Positions 1 through 14,751 of a stretch of 64,000 nt of DNA are shown in pieces (position 1 is the first letter of the stretch; the number at the start of each line of letters is the position of its first letter). This DNA is from Tubiluchus corallicola (lineage: Eukaryota > Animalia > Priapulida). A program made the translations under genes and the position numbers. The notes under the pieces are model-generated. The model was not told the origin of the DNA, made no database searches, and was given only the letters and a program-made list of their open reading frames with translations. The stretch spans positions 62,001 through 126,000 of the forward strand of contig JAQGDQ010000226.1 in the NCBI GenBank assembly GCA_030141605.1. The letters are read 5' to 3'.

Positions 1-2
1 AT

Positions 3-977
<975 letters not shown>

Positions 978-1466
978 CAAAAGTTCACACCTTTAGCAAA
1001 TGTAAATCTTCCGGTTAAATTGTTGAACTACCACGTACAGTGAAACTTAGGGCAATGCACATTATCGTTGAACTTTTTTTGTGTAACGGTCATTCAATTT
1101 TTATTGGCTCACTTTTTTCATCAACTTATGTCGTAAGTGTGCCACTCCCGTCATCGTCTGAGTTTTTGCAGTCACTAGAACAATCATTGACGGTACAAAA
1201 CTGTGGCCTGTACTCCTTGTATGCAGATCATAGATACACGAGACAAAACATACAAATGTTGGTTTGGATTTTTATTGGCTTAATTCATGTGTGAACATGA
1301 AGACCTTGATTGCCATTACATCGTTAACACGCATATTGAAAAGGCTAACTTCCATTTGTGAATGGTATGCATTTTTTTACTTGTTTAAATATTTTTTGTA
1401 GGGTATTGTTACTAAATGTGTATAATGTATATTGCATCGTTGTTTTGTCGTTTTAAATAATTATAC

Positions 1467-2127
1467 GTGTGCTTGCATAGCAGAATCATCCCCCATAAGT
1501 TGGCAATTAAGCTTTTCGAGTTATTCACATATCCTGGATCTCCCTTTCATGGGGATTGTTTTGATACAGAGTTCATCACTTTTTGTTATTTTTAAGCTGA
1601 GATAATCTGTGTTGAAGTTGAGGTGCAGGCTGCACACTGAAAAACATAACCTTGAAAAAATTCCTGTTAAAGTCAGCCATTGTTTTTGTCGCATTTCTAC
1701 AAAACACTTAGCAACCGTACAAATGTTGGTTGCTACGGAATTTACACGAACACGTTGAAGTTATGTTTAAATCCAGCAGATGGCTCTTCCTGGCGAACAT
1801 CTGGGCTTGTCAACAGAAAAAACCCAAAGCAAAATGATTGCTTCCACAAACTGCTATCGGAGTTTCAAAATACAATTTTTTTACAATTGTAGTGCTAGTT
1901 TCTAGACAGAAAAGTGGGCAAGGGGTTATAAAATTAAATTTTTATGTTTTTTGAACAGTTTCTTGATAATTTCATGCTAGAATATAAAACTCCAATATAT
2001 TTAGCCTTGGTTTTTACAAAATACGAAAAATTAACATTTGACAAAATTTTTTGGTCATTCTACTTTGAAGCACATAACTTATTTTTAACTATGCCGACTT
2101 ATGGATGATTTTGGTTGGCAAGCACGC
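1467..2127. mobile_element. Non-autonomous TIR element (GTGCTTGCA...CCATAAGT.GGCA ends), superfamily unassigned
   Basis: Ends are inverted. Related copies in the opposite orientation lie at 24618-25120 and 28465-28720. Confidence 0.75.
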
Positions 2128-2420
2128 TTGTTATAATTAAAATGGTACAGCCGGGATTTCTGCCTCAGTTGACCGAGTATTTGATCATTCCACGTGTGCC
2201 AAAGCGGCACTACATTTCACAAGATCGAGAGAACCTGCCTCAATGAGGTAGGCAGAACAAGGACCTTGAACACAGTACATCTACATGTTCTTCAAATTGT
2301 AACAATTAACTTAAAGTTTAGCCATGCGGCTTCACGGTCATGTTGTACAAAGTGATTACATTGTACACAAAAATTTGTTGTGTACAATTCAGAAGAAGAA
2401 TCTTTTTGTAGAATAAGTTA

Positions 2421-2426
2421 AATAAA
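2421..2426 (+). promoter_or_regulatory. Candidate SRP54 polyadenylation signal
   Basis: AATAAA followed about 35 nt later by a GT-rich tract (ggttttgagttgtgtt). Confidence 0.4.
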
Positions 2427-2480
2427 AATTATTTGTTTATATACATGTACTGGAAGATTTGGTTTTGAGTTGTGTTATTA

Positions 2481-2946
2481 TACAGTCAACCTCGGGTATA
2501 AGGTACTTGCTTATAAGGGACCACCAACACCGGTCCTGATTTTTTCTATGTAAAAATCTTCGTATATAAGGTACTCGGATATTAGAGACTTTCGGTTATA
2601 AGGGACGATATCTTCATGTCCCACGTAATAGAAACCCAGGTAAATTACCTCGCATATAAGGGACCCTATGATCAAAGCGAAATTGATAGATTTTTGACCT
2701 CAATTTTTCGCAAACTCGGCCTTCGCGAACAGCTCGGTTTCCACAGTCACATACATCTTGCATCACAGAAGGAGCTTCCTACATACCGTTTGCACGAATG
2801 TGTGGCAATATTCCATAAAAATATGGGTAAAAGTACAGGTCTAGATGCACCCTCTGTCTGACTCAACTTCGGCTGTAAGGGACATCGGATATAATGGACG
2901 GTTTTTCCCGGTCCGGAGGGGTCCCTTATATCCGAGGTTGACTGTA
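2481..2946. mobile_element. Tc1/mariner (pogo/Tigger-like) MITE
   Basis: TA-CAGTCAACCTCG ... CGAGGTTGACTG-TA terminal inverted repeats. A second copy lies at 37757-38159. Confidence 0.85.
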
Positions 2947-3272
2947 CATGCTGCATTGCTCGTCAATGAGAGAGTTTTATTAACTGTTGCGTAAAAGTGC
3001 AATATTGATGTTAGACTAATGTTCCTTTGTTGTATTCTATAAAAATCCATATTAGTAGAAATGACGTGATACAGTCTTTCACACGAACAAGCCCTCTGGC
3101 ACTTTTAAATAAGTGTGTAGTTCGTCAAAATGCCTTTTGCAAGCAGAACTCTCCTAAAATCGAACAGTCAAACAAGTAACTATAACACAGTCGGACTGTT
3201 ACTGATAGCAAGCAAGCCACAGAGCTGCACTAGGTGCTCTAGAATTTGGTTCATACATGCAAGCTGTGAGTC

Positions 3273-3841
3273 TGAAAGCAAAACCGGATCCAATCTTAAA
3301 GTGTATCTCAAAACAATCTTGAAAGGAAACATACTATTTATTCAAAAATGACTTGCGTGAAAGAATTATTACCACACATTATTAAACACAATTTCGCGTT
3401 CGCACCACTAGTTCTGCGGTCTTACGTGCATCTCGCCATTCGCTAGTTAGACGGGCACTAGCACCCGCATTCCAGAAACACATTACACAAAAAACAGGAC
3501 ATATTCGACAGCTCATGCGTGAGCACAGTGGTAAATTTGAAATTTTAATTTTTATCTTAAAACTTCCTAGTTTTAGTACAACACACTGAAACTTATAGTA
3601 TCTCTGTACTTTCAATTTTCGCTTTTGCAAACATGTGAAACACGCTCGTGAAATATTTTTGCTGTATAAAATTATGTTAGTTTGTGATGTCATCAATAGT
3701 TGGGCTCGCCTGCCATTAATTATGTCTTTAATATATTATTTAATTATCAGAAACACTTTTGCAGTATTAATCGTGTTAGTATACTTGTTGTCGGATTCGA
3801 AAATGGGATAGGATATGAAAAATCATCCTGTCTTCCTTTAA
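3273..3841. mobile_element. Kolobok-like TTAA-flanked MITE, family B
   Basis: Ends in tcttccTTTAA. Colinear with 9391-9914 and 26148-26757. Confidence 0.7.
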
Positions 3842-4422
3842 ACACGAAACAAGAGTGTCATACATTGGTACAGAGGTTTTGTTAAACAACTTTATACACA
3901 CAGTCAATAATTTAATAAACAACATTATATATAGGCAGTACAAGCATGTTCTAATAGAAGAGATTATCAAGTGTATGTTGCACCAGTGAAAACATGAAAA
4001 CATAGACAGTGCAGCTGCAGAACATGGAAAACACGTGAAGCTAATGATAGACTCAGCTGCAAATTTATAATGAACAAGTGAATGTAGAAATTGTAGATTA
4101 GCACATAGCACGTTTTTAATGGAATCGCAAAGTCAAAATGAACATATCAGCAGTGCAATTGCTAATTTATTAAAAGCATATGGCCAGTGCAACTGCTAAT
4201 TAACAGTTATAATAAACATGATAACGGTCATACCAGCCGTAGCAGCCGTAATGAAGAAATGTCTTCAAGTTTCCATGTTATAATGGAGTGCATGTATAGC
4301 ATAGCTGTAGATGTCAAATGTACACCATCTATCACACTTGTCATTATATCAAAAACCTTTCAAATTAAGTGCAAAACTTTTTTGGAAACTTTAGCAAAAA
4401 TAAAAATTAAACATACCAGTAC

Positions 4423-4907
4423 CAGTGGCGGCTCGTGTACAGGTACTGTGGAACTGCAGCACCCCCTATTTTCACCCGATATTATGTATAATATTCAATG
4501 TAATAAGTCTTTTAGTTCTTTCTTTTTCTGTACGGAACCAGAGCACGTGAGAGTAGTACTGTTTGTTTCACAGCCCAGCACAGTGCACTCCAGCAAAGTG
4601 GTGTTTGGCTATTGTGTCTGAGCCCAGGTAGAGAAAGTACTGCCGCTCACGCAGTTTGCTGTCAATTGTCACATGCTCACGAGAATGGATCAAGCTTGAA
4701 CTGCGGCAATTTAGCAAAAAAAAATTTTGTTTAGGATTTCATCAAGTTTATGTGTAAACTTTCACGTTTGTTTGTTAAAAACTACAATTAGAAATTGCAT
4801 CATTAAAATTACATATGTTTGTTTCGTTTTACACAGTATTAAAACAGCGGCTAAAAATTTTTTGAAGCAGCAGCACCCCCGCTAATTTTAATTACGAGCC
4901 GTCACTG
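4423..4907. mobile_element. hAT-like MITE
   Basis: TIR CAGTGGCGGCTCGT / ACGAGCCGTCACTG with 8-bp flanks accagtac / gtcagtac. Confidence 0.75.
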
Positions 4908-5888
4908 GTCAGTACACAGTAAAATGTACATGATTATGAGAAGCAGTAACGGAGAAAAAATGAGGCAATATAGTTGAGTAAAAGAGTAAAATTCTAGTTC
5001 TTACACGTGTCCCTGGTTAATTGTCCGTTGTACCGATAGATGTCTCCACTGTCCACCATGTCCTGTCACACAGAAAATGACAAGCAAACATCAACAGACC
5101 ATAAAAATTCAATAAAATACAAAAATTAATTCATGGTAACATTGTAATATATTACACTATGATACACGGGACAAATTTGTGTATAAATAAGATTTTGTAA
5201 AAATATACAACGATTTCATTCATAATAATAGGAATTGCACGTAAAACTACACGTACACAAGAAACGGCTACGCGTACACAAGAAACGGCTACGCGTGCAC
5301 AAGAAACGGGCAATTGCATGATTATTTTTAACTCGTACTGACGCTAAAACATGCCGGCACAATTTTGTACACCATTGCATGAACTGCATACAGCACAGTC
5401 GTATGACGTCTACTGTAAGTTAAACATAAAATTAGTGAAATTTTACAAAACTTGCACGATACTTCAAGACGAATGTAAACAGACCACACGATAAGACTGC
5501 AGAGATTTACAGACCCTTATTCATGTAGCTTGTTGATTCAGGACCGGCTCCAGCTAGTTCACCCCCTCTTCAACTGCCAACCTTTCCTCATGGTCCCAGT
5601 GCACCCCACCCACACAATGAATTTTTGTTGTATGAAACAAAGTATAATGGTACTTAAAGCATTTGCTTCATACATGTATTACAGTGTACTAATTAACTAT
5701 AGTTAATTACATATCTAGAGCTTGTGTTGATTTCATTTGAAATTAAATCTATGACCCCCAATGATGTCCTGGACCTTCAAGAGCAATCAAAATTTCTGCA
5801 ATTTCTGCTGCACGGTCTCCATGTACATTTTCCCTCAGTGTTTTGTCCTTTTTATCTGCAAATTTTTGAAAGCCAAACTCCTCTTTTT

Positions 5889-6092
5889 TGAGACATCCAC
5901 TTCCATACATCCGTTTCAAGACACCCATTTCCATACATCCGTTTCCATATATCCGTTTCCAAGCATCCGTTTCGAGACATCCATTTCCATACATCCGTTT
6001 CAAGACATCCGTTTCCATACACCCGTTTCAAGACATCCCTTTTGATACATCTATTTCAAGACATCCGTTTTAAGACATCCGTTTCCATACAT
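5889..6092. repeat. 14/28-bp minisatellite (gacatccgtttccatacatccgtttcaa)
   Basis: Direct tandem repetition. Confidence 0.85.
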
Positions 6093-7166
6093 CAACCTCA
6101 TTGGTTTCATCAACTTCACAACTAAGACCCTGGTATGCTTGCAAATACAGTCAAACTTCGTTATAAAGTCAGGTATAGGACACCACTAAATATGGCGCTG
6201 TAGCAGGTCGACAAAAAAGACGAGGTTCATTAAATATCAAAGCCTTTTTGCTGTGTAGCCTCTATTTTGTCTCCTAGTTAATTTTAATAAGTGATAAATA
6301 GTAAAATATTATTATACCAACACCAATACATGTGTTATACTGTATCTTTTGCTGCATTAACCTTGCAGGTGTAGTTCTACAGCGGTACCTTGGGAAACTT
6401 TTAGATAACACAACGTGGAGTAGAAATCTTGCAAAATACTGGTTAATTAGATAAATTTTGATAAGAGAAATATGTACCCACGCTCCCAAGGTAAGATTAC
6501 TGGACAGTTAGACAAAATTAGCTGCCACTTTTAACCTGACCTTGACTCAAGTAGCTTTAACAGCCGTTAAATTCATATCAGTTCAGTACTGAACCTCAGT
6601 GATGCAACTTTGTGGTCTTAAAAACCTTGCTCAAAACCTCAACATTCACTTTCATACAGTCACATGCTACAAAACCTAAATCTTAATTTAAACATCATAA
6701 TTGTTTTTCCTTGCTTTTCAATGTTATGGCTGTGTTTCAGCAGTAATTCATTGTGCTTTATCTTGGCTTGGCTGGCAGGGGGGGGGGGCAGCGGCAGTTT
6801 GACTGTACCACATTAGTAAATATCTTGCAGTTCAATGTCTGCCAACATTTGTACCATTCGTTTCTTGTATTACACTCACGAAGGCTTCCATTCTTCCAGG
6901 CTTGTCTCTCCAAATTAGATAAATGCTAATGTAAGAAACTTTTTTTATTAACGGGAAGAATCCCGTTGCTCTATGCCTACAACAAAGATCGCATTGTGGG
7001 TGACAGCAGGGAAACCCTTCGGTAATGTCTGCATGAATCTTTGGAAGCCAAGTAAAGCTGAAGTAGAAAGTGTTTTACTGATGGAAAAGAGGTCCACGTT
7101 AGCGTCGATAAATCATACATTTCGACATACAACTAGTTCGTTTTATTTCATGAAAGTGTTGTCCAC

Positions 7167-7721
7167 TTAAAGGAAAACCGGACAATTGTGTAAACAAGAG
7201 TTCAGAATAAAGAATGCTCTAAAATATGGGGAAACTACAATAGCTTATTTTAAATCAAAGCTTAGATTATATAATAATTACCTCGGATACTCAAATTTTG
7301 TTAAACTTTCAAAGCTATGTGTGGCTCAGTGAATCTACTAAGATTGGCAGCGGCGCATTTTTGTCACATTCGCGTGGCCAACAAATAGAAGGCGGTACCG
7401 TGATAACCATGATCATGAACTGCAGTGTTAGTTTTTCACATCATATGATGCAGAGCCCATTTATCATGACATGACTTTAAACAGTACTGTAACACCTATG
7501 CAAATGCGCTTGACACGCAAGGGAAGACGCCTGCCATTGCATAAACTGTGGTTAGTTTCTGACGTAAGCAATAGCTGTGTTCCGTCACCGTTAATTAACT
7601 TTCTAAGCTAATTATTCAAATATAAGAAACAATTCCTAACTTTTATAGGCACGAAAATGTATATTTAGGACAGTAAATTAAAATAACATCGAGTCTAAAC
7701 AATCGTCTGGTCTTCCTTTAA
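7167..7721. mobile_element. Kolobok-like MITE, family A
   Basis: TTAA-AGGAAAACCGGA ... TCTGGTCTTCCT-TTAA. Other copies at 20121-20676 (inverted), 58546-59079 and 53349-53645. Confidence 0.8.
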
Positions 7722-8231
7722 GTAATTACACATATCTGATGTTATTACTTAAGCTAAAACTAAACTTAAAAATTAACTTGCAGAACTAGATGTCTTATGC
7801 GGCTTCCTAGTGGTAGAGCCGGCCCTGAGATTGCTAGTAAACCAGGTTGCCATTTCAAGATGTGAGAATGTGTTCTGTTTTTTTTTTATGTAAAAGGACA
7901 CACGATCATCATGCAATTTCTGCCAGAATTTACCATTAATATCATTACTCGGTGACCAATTTCGAAAAAAAAACCTGAGCTGTGCACCGATTAGCTGATG
8001 TGCAGAGCACCTATTACAGCAAAAATACGCCGAATCAAAGAACAACTTAAACGGTAGCTCGACATGGATGCAATGTTACAGGAAACCTCGGGTTCAACAG
8101 GTAACCACGACGATCAGTTGATGAAGCTGTTTAGAATCTTGCAGTCTTTTACGTTCACACTGCCACGACGACTACCGTCGCAGTCCATTTTATGTTATCA
8201 CGGCAACGATGCGCTCCTCCCTGATCATGTG

Positions 8232-8420
8232 TCAGTTGCCGCTGCTGCTGTTGCGTTGTAACACAGCTTTACCGCAGTGACCGTCTGAGTTGAGTATTCG
8301 CGGCATGGCTTCTGTGCCGTACACTTTGCTGGCTTTTTTGGCCATACTGGCTAATAGTTCTTCAGACAGACGGTGGGTGGAGATGAGGGTGGTCTTCCAC
8401 TCTTTCATTCCAACTTCATC
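8232..8420 (-). CDS. GRK2: GRK2 last coding exon DEVGMKEWKTTLISTHRLSEELLASMAKKASKVYGTE...QRNSSSGN*
   Basis: tag acceptor, PH C-terminal helix Trp, TGA at 8232-8234, 63 codons including the stop. Confidence 0.88.
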   Translation of the reverse strand, partial: DEVGMKEWKTTLISTHRLSEELLASMAKKASKVYGTEAMPRILNSDGHCGKAVLQRNSSSGN

Positions 8421-8492
8421 CTAGGGAAAAAATAACGGGAGAGTAAGCTTACAGGAAGAACCAGTCCCCAAGGAACATTCATTGTCATTACC

Positions 8493-8955
8493 TTAAAGGA
8501 CAAGAAAAGGCCTAGTTAAAGCAAGTCTCAGAAAATTTTCGCTAAACAATTATAACGGTTAGTGGCAATCTTAAGCGTTTATCATACTCACGTAAAAAGA
8601 ATTTCCTATTTGTTTTCATTTTAAATACTCCCGCGAGACCGTCACGGCGGCGCCATATTAGATGGCGTCACAGAACCACAACACAAATTTTTATAGTACA
8701 CGTGCTCAGAACTCACTGCGACTGTGTTCGAGTGATCTCATGCCACGTGATCAGTCACATGCTGGCTTTTCAATTGGCGGACTAATGAAACATGTCTGTG
8801 CCAATGTTCACTGCAGCGTTTGAAATATTTTACAAAAATTGGAGTAAATGCGAAAACGTGAGTACTTTACTCGCTTAAGATTATACTTAGGTGATATAAT
8901 TTTTATCGCGAATTTTCTGAGGCTTGCTTTGGTTGGCTACTCTCTTGTCCCTTAA
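8493..8955. mobile_element. Kolobok-like MITE, family C
   Basis: TTAA-AGGACAAGA ... TCTTGTCCC-TTAA. Shares its terminus with 39254-39896. Confidence 0.75.
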
Positions 8956-9390
8956 TGTGCACTTAAAATATTGAAATTAACAGAAAATATATGCGCATAA
9001 AATACCTTGCTTAATTCTTTCAGGACCATAAGTGCTTGATGCATTTTGCAAGGGGGTTCGTGAAAAACTGCTCTCACTAAGCAACGATCCTGTTATATTT
9101 GATAATTTTTGTTGGTTTCTACTTCTCACACAATGGATTTTCATGCAAAATTATATGTGAAATGCATTTGCTTACCCTAGACAAATTAAAAATCGATAAT
9201 TGACAATAGAATTAAAAAAAAAACCTGTTAGCAACTGCAGTGTTTGCACTGTAACAATGTACAGTATCACTTGTGTGAAATCAGTCTGTACGGTATTAGA
9301 ATGGACCTCATATTTGCACTTATATTTCAAGATTAAATAATCAACCAGCTCTTAAAACAAATCTGTAGTCTAAAATCTACATGGCTCACT

Positions 9391-9914
9391 TTAAAGCTAA
9401 ACCGGACACAGTTTTAAACTGCAGATCAAAACAATCTACTTTTTACATATTGAAAAGAAACATACTATTTTTTCAAATTACCACAAAAATGCAATTTCAT
9501 GTTTGTGCCACTAGTTCTGTGCTGCTTCATGCATTTTGCCATTAGGTAGTTAGACAGGCACTAGCACCTGCATATATCAAAAACACGTTGCACAAAAAGC
9601 AGATGCTGTACCTCTTAATTCAGATGTGTTAGTTTATGATGTACCGCACACGTTTGACAGTTTATGCACGAAAGCAGCGACAAATTTGGATAATGAATTT
9701 TTATCTTAAAATTTGCTGACTTTTAATACAATGCACTGAATATCTTTAATAGTGCTGTACATCAATCTTCGCTTTTGCAAACACGTACAACATGCTGATG
9801 GAATGTTCTTGTTGTTGAAAATTATGTTAGTTTGTGATGTCATCAATAGTTTGGCTCACCCACTGTTAACAAAGGTTTTTAATTTATTATTTAAGCATCA
9901 GAATCACTTTGCAG
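9391..9914. mobile_element. Kolobok-like MITE family B, 3'-truncated copy
   Basis: Colinear with 26148-26757. Confidence 0.7.
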
Positions 9915-9935
9915 GAATGGGGAGAGACAACTAAT

Positions 9936-10008
9936 AAAATCTGCCTACCCCCACAAAAATCTGCCCGTCCCCACAAAAATCTGCCTGTCCCCACAAAAAT
10001 CTGCCTGA
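9936..10008. repeat. 21-bp tandem repeat (aaaaatctgcctgtccccaca), about 3.5 copies
   Basis: Direct tandem copies. Confidence 0.8.
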
Positions 10009-10544
10009 CGCCATTTTTCAGTGTACTGAAAATCCTAATACAAGTTTAATTTTGTGCAACTATTTGAAAACATTACATGGTATATTTTTCCTTTTAGGTT
10101 TTTCTGTTTAATCTGTACTTAACAGTAACTTCTTTATTCTGTTTTTACCTTTTAGTTGTTATACTATCAGTATACGCACATGCTACGAGGTTGATAAGTA
10201 ATTGTATCCAGCGGCATGCATAGGAAGTGAATACAACATACAAAATATCAATCTTCTTGTCGAATTTTGTGTAAAAAACAAAATATTAATTGCATACATT
10301 TTAGTCAAATACATTTGCACTCCTGTTTTCTTACATATTTTTGTCTTTTTAAAATTTAGCAAAACTAGTTGGCATGTCAAATATTTTTAGAGCATTCTAA
10401 CATAAACTTAGTGGTCCTCGTACGAAAAAACTCATATATAAGTAACATTCAACCCGATACGGCATCAGCATAAATTACTTTCTATAATCTATTTGCAACA
10501 TGAAGAATTTGTTTTTCTACAAATAGGAATATAATAATCTCAAG

Positions 10545-11274
10545 TACAATAATTACTCGCTTAACAACTCTCCGTTTAGCGATGTTTCGTTTTAGCGACG
10601 CTGAACATTTGACACATTTTTTCTCTAAGCCTAGTTTTATTTTATCAACAACTTTTTTACTCAATTTGATGCATCAAAACCGCAGATATTGCGTTATTCT
10701 GTTCTAAAAACGTACTAGTAACGTAAACAGTGCAATTATTATACAAGCAAACGTTTTTGCTTCCCAGCTGATCACTAAAATGATATCTAATGCTAGCTGT
10801 TTGTATCAAGCGAGATATGGAAGCAAACTTTACGCAAGGAATGTTGCCTGCAACCTGTTGCTATAGCAACCAGACTAGTGCGTACTACGTTTCCAGAAAA
10901 ATTGCCAAGGTGGTCCAATGGCTTGGCTTGGACTCTGTTGCAGTGACAGGAGTGTTTATTGTTTAACAGCTGTCTACACTTAAAGTCAACTAAAGAGAAA
11001 CCACTAGCTAGATAAGTAAAATATATAGGTGGTTGGTTTCAAGCAAGCAGAAAGAAATTAATCAGTAGAAACACATAGTAGTAAAACTCGTAAAACCTTT
11101 AATTTATATGATTTAAGCAGCATTGATTTTTATGCCTGGAACGTATCTCAGTTTTTACACTACTTTCTATGGAAGTCTCGACTTTGTTTAACGACGTTTC
11201 ACTTAACGCCGGCCTCGGCCAGGGTCTAGCTTTTGCTGGAATGCATTAGCGTCGTTAAGCGAGGACTTGCTGTA
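10545..11274. mobile_element. Tigger/pogo-like MITE
   Basis: Left end tacaataattactcgcttaacaac; right end reverse-complement tacagcaagtcctcgcttaacgac; TA ends. Confidence 0.65.
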
Positions 11275-11313
11275 CAGGCCAGTTAAAAAAGATAACACAG
11301 CACTACCCCTTAC

Positions 11314-11427
11314 CTGTTGTGTGAGAATGAGTTTCTCCTTCCCCTTCAAGTTCATGACGATGCAATTCTCTCCTTTGACTGAGTGATATTCCGACTCGAT
11401 AGAATAAATCTGCTCCATGAACAATAA
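11314..11427 (-). CDS. GRK2: GRK2 exon LLFMEQIYSIESEYHSVKGENCIVMNLKGKEKLILTQQ (PH domain)
   Basis: 114 nt, cag/gtaag borders, phase 0-0. Confidence 0.92.
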
Positions 11428-11555
11428 CTGTAAAATGTTTAAAATCGGTATCAGCAAACAAGTGTGATATAAACAAGAAAGGCACTCAGTAAAGAGCAGG
11501 CCTCGCTCAAGGACTGCCCAGCGTACCTTAATAAACTAAATAAGTCACCAATAAT

Positions 11556-11975
11556 CAGAGGCGTATCAAGACTTTACAATAGCCTAGGCTGATAGTTCTG
11601 TCCTCCCCATCCTTATTGTGAATTTATGATTGTTTATGTAATGAACAGATTAAACAATTACTTGTGGTGTATTAAAAACATCGTTAACCTAGTTTCTACA
11701 TGTCATTATTAATTACATGTATTTGCATAGCACTTATATTTAAGCAGGCTGCACAACTGCTTGTTGTGTAACACCTTGCCCCTGTTCGTTACGTGGTACT
11801 TATATAAAAGCTGCGATCAGTAACTGCCTGTGGTGTGTTATAAAATGCGCACTTTATATGAAACTATGATTTACGAGGAGAATAAGAATTTTTTTCTAAA
11901 ATGTGACACCCCTCAAACTTTGGTGTCCTAGGCTATGAGCGTAGCTAACCTATTGGTTGAAACCAACGTACCAGT
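11556..11975. mobile_element. hAT-like MITE, degenerate copy of 43362-43745
   Basis: Shares the block ggcgtatcaagact...cagattaaacaattacttgtggtgtatta. Confidence 0.65.
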
Positions 11976-12080
11976 AATTGTTCCAATATCTTAAACATTA
12001 AGTAATGATTAACTGAGCAAAAGTTATAAACAGAATGTAATTGACAATGTCACAACAACTGGCATGCGACCATGTGTCAT

Positions 12081-12579
12081 CACAATATTCCCTCGCTACT
12101 TCGCGGTTTTTCAAAAATATTAATGTAAAATACTAATGTTTCGCGGGTTTTTGCGGTACTCCGTCAAAAGTATTTTTGCACATGCGTAGTACGTATTGTA
12201 CAGTAATGTATAGATTTGATGAATTTTGCATAAAAAATCAGAAAATGTATAAAAATATATTAAAAACATTAATTCTAACATTAAAACAATATTATAAATC
12301 ATAAAAAATTACCATTTACAGTAAATAGTGTATTTATTCGGCGGATTAATACACACCAAAAACGAAATGTAGTACTTGTCCCCCCTTTGAGATGCTACTT
12401 GCCGACGTGAGATTGTACACAACACATGATTGGTATTTATAAGATTGTGGGGAGGGTTTATAAAGACTTAAAATAATGTATAACTAATAAAATAAGTATA
12501 GCATCCCTGCTTCGCGGAAATTCACTTATCGCGGGTGGGCCGGGAACGGAACACCCGCAATAAGTGAGGGAACACTGTA
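12081..12579. mobile_element. Tigger-like MITE
   Basis: cacaatattccctcgctacttcgcgg at the left; cccgcaataagtgagggaacactgta at the right. Confidence 0.65.
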
Positions 12580-13444
12580 TATCTTCTCCGAACAAAAATT
12601 CCTCGAAATAAAACTTGGTAATAAATCAAAGGCATGCATCTGATTGAAGTGACTGAACTTGTTTAAAAAAAGGACTGTCCTTTCTTGTAGCCTAATTCAT
12701 ATAAGACTATGAGACTCCCTCCAAGACTCCCACAAATGTTTTTCAACACAGTTGGCGAAGAATGCTCAATCGGGGCTTTTTCGCCCACCGTTCCTCCCGG
12801 AACACCAAAACTGAAATTGTTTGGAAAGTTCTTCCTAGTCCTATGCCCCCATCTCTTCAGAAACGGTTCGTAGAAATCGATGAAATTGTGTTTACTAACA
12901 AAAGAACAAACAAACCCATGCCAAACAAACACAATAGCTTCTAATATAAATAACTTTGATCCGCAATTAAGTAATTCAGTTTTTCTTTCTGGTAGTTCTC
13001 TACTAAGTTACGATAAGAACGTCATCGTATTTGACCTGATACAGCAACATATTCGTTCATTTAACCGTTTTAATTACCTTAATTAACAAATGGAATAGTT
13101 ATGTTCGATTTGTTTTTCCTGTTAAACTGCACTCCTGTAAATTTGCAGGCTGTGGTAACTTGATCAGCATTTATTCGCTGTTTGCCAAAACCAATTATTT
13201 CAAATAAGTGTTTACAAAAGAGAAACAAACAAACAAACTAGCTAAAAACAAATCAAAGATAGTGAAAAATGAAAACATAACCTCCTTCGTGGAACTAACA
13301 CATGAATAGAGATAAACAAAACCATGAATGACAAACTAAACAAGCACTGCGATATTCTTCTGCATTAAAAAATGCTTAGCACTTTCCGTTGCGAGTCAAG
13401 GCATCCCACATTTCATGTCATGTTTGAACAGAGAGACGTCATAC

Positions 13445-13578
13445 CTCTGGTTTATTATTGCCGGAATCAGGGTGGAGTTCCAGACGATTAGGGTAGAGTT
13501 TAGCGTATCGCGTCTGCCACGCCGAGGCAAACGGTCCTCCAAGTTTCTTCAAGTATCCGTGAATGATGCAGTCCGACT
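13445..13578 (-). CDS. GRK2: GRK2 exon [44 protein letters not shown] (PH domain)
   Basis: 134 nt, tag/gtat borders. Homologous to DCIMHGYMSKMGNPF...WQRRY..LFPNRLE. Confidence 0.95.
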
Positions 13579-14751
13579 CTACAAATACAAAAGCAAAAAA
13601 AACATCGAATATTTGTGAAGTAATTATAACTTACAATTAAAAACAACTAGTAGGGCTTCAAGTTTCAATTCCAGAGTATAGAATTAGCCGGCGGATGTTT
13701 TATTCGGAATCACAGTTAGTGAGATACAGCTCAAAGGAAATAATCGTAGTTCAAGAAACCAAATGTTGCAGTTGTGATAAAAAAACTTATGGAATTCACC
13801 ATTAACAAAGTCAAAACAAGAGACATCCGACAAACAGTTATTCAACGTTTGTCAAAATACAGACAAACTTTGTTATACGGCCTAATATGGGACTGTAAAA
13901 AAGTTGCCATTATAGCAAGTTTAACATTATGACGAGGTGCATGAATACACACACGTCTATGTATATGTCACATATTTGGCCACTGAAAACCCTGGTGCTT
14001 TAAAGTACAAGTTCACATTTAGCGAGGTGCCAATGCGAGGATTAGAATAAAGTTTGTTAATATCAAAATTCTGAGTAGTAATGCCGTTTATAGAAAACTA
14101 GAACGATAAATAGAGAAAAAACAGAGCTAAATGCTACGTATGAGTCATTAGCTACATTAAGTTAACGACTACATCAAAATTAACATGGAGTTAAATGTAT
14201 ACTATGAAACAGGTTTGCAAGGCCATTTTGTTTTACCGGAAATTTGTGCATTTTATAACAAGTTGTGGCCACTTTTTATCACTTCAAAGAGCAAGTCCGG
14301 TATTGATTTTTTGTAAGTGGTACACTCCTTTGTTTTGTGCCTGCAGATCTACGTATTTTGGGTTTCCATTGTCTCTTGACTAAAAGCAATGAGAAAGCTG
14401 TTGCTTCGGCAACTGGACTGCAGTTAGGTGAACATACAAGTAGGCAAGCCGGGCAGCTAACAAAACATAAATGGGACAAAGGTTTTGGGGTGATTTGGGC
14501 CTGAAATTTCATTTCGATCTAGTTTATTTCACGGTAGATGAACAACAGCGCAAGTGAACACGATTGTGTAAGTAAAACATTTCGAAGTCCACTACTAGTG
14601 TTAGTGGATCAACTATTGACACTGTCACAAGACAAAAAACAGAAATAGTGTCATGTAAGCGCACTAGAGTTTGAAATTACCTTTACTTTATTATAAGATT
14701 TGAAAATTGCAGTAAAATTACATATGTTTTTATAAAAAATTTCATATTTAC

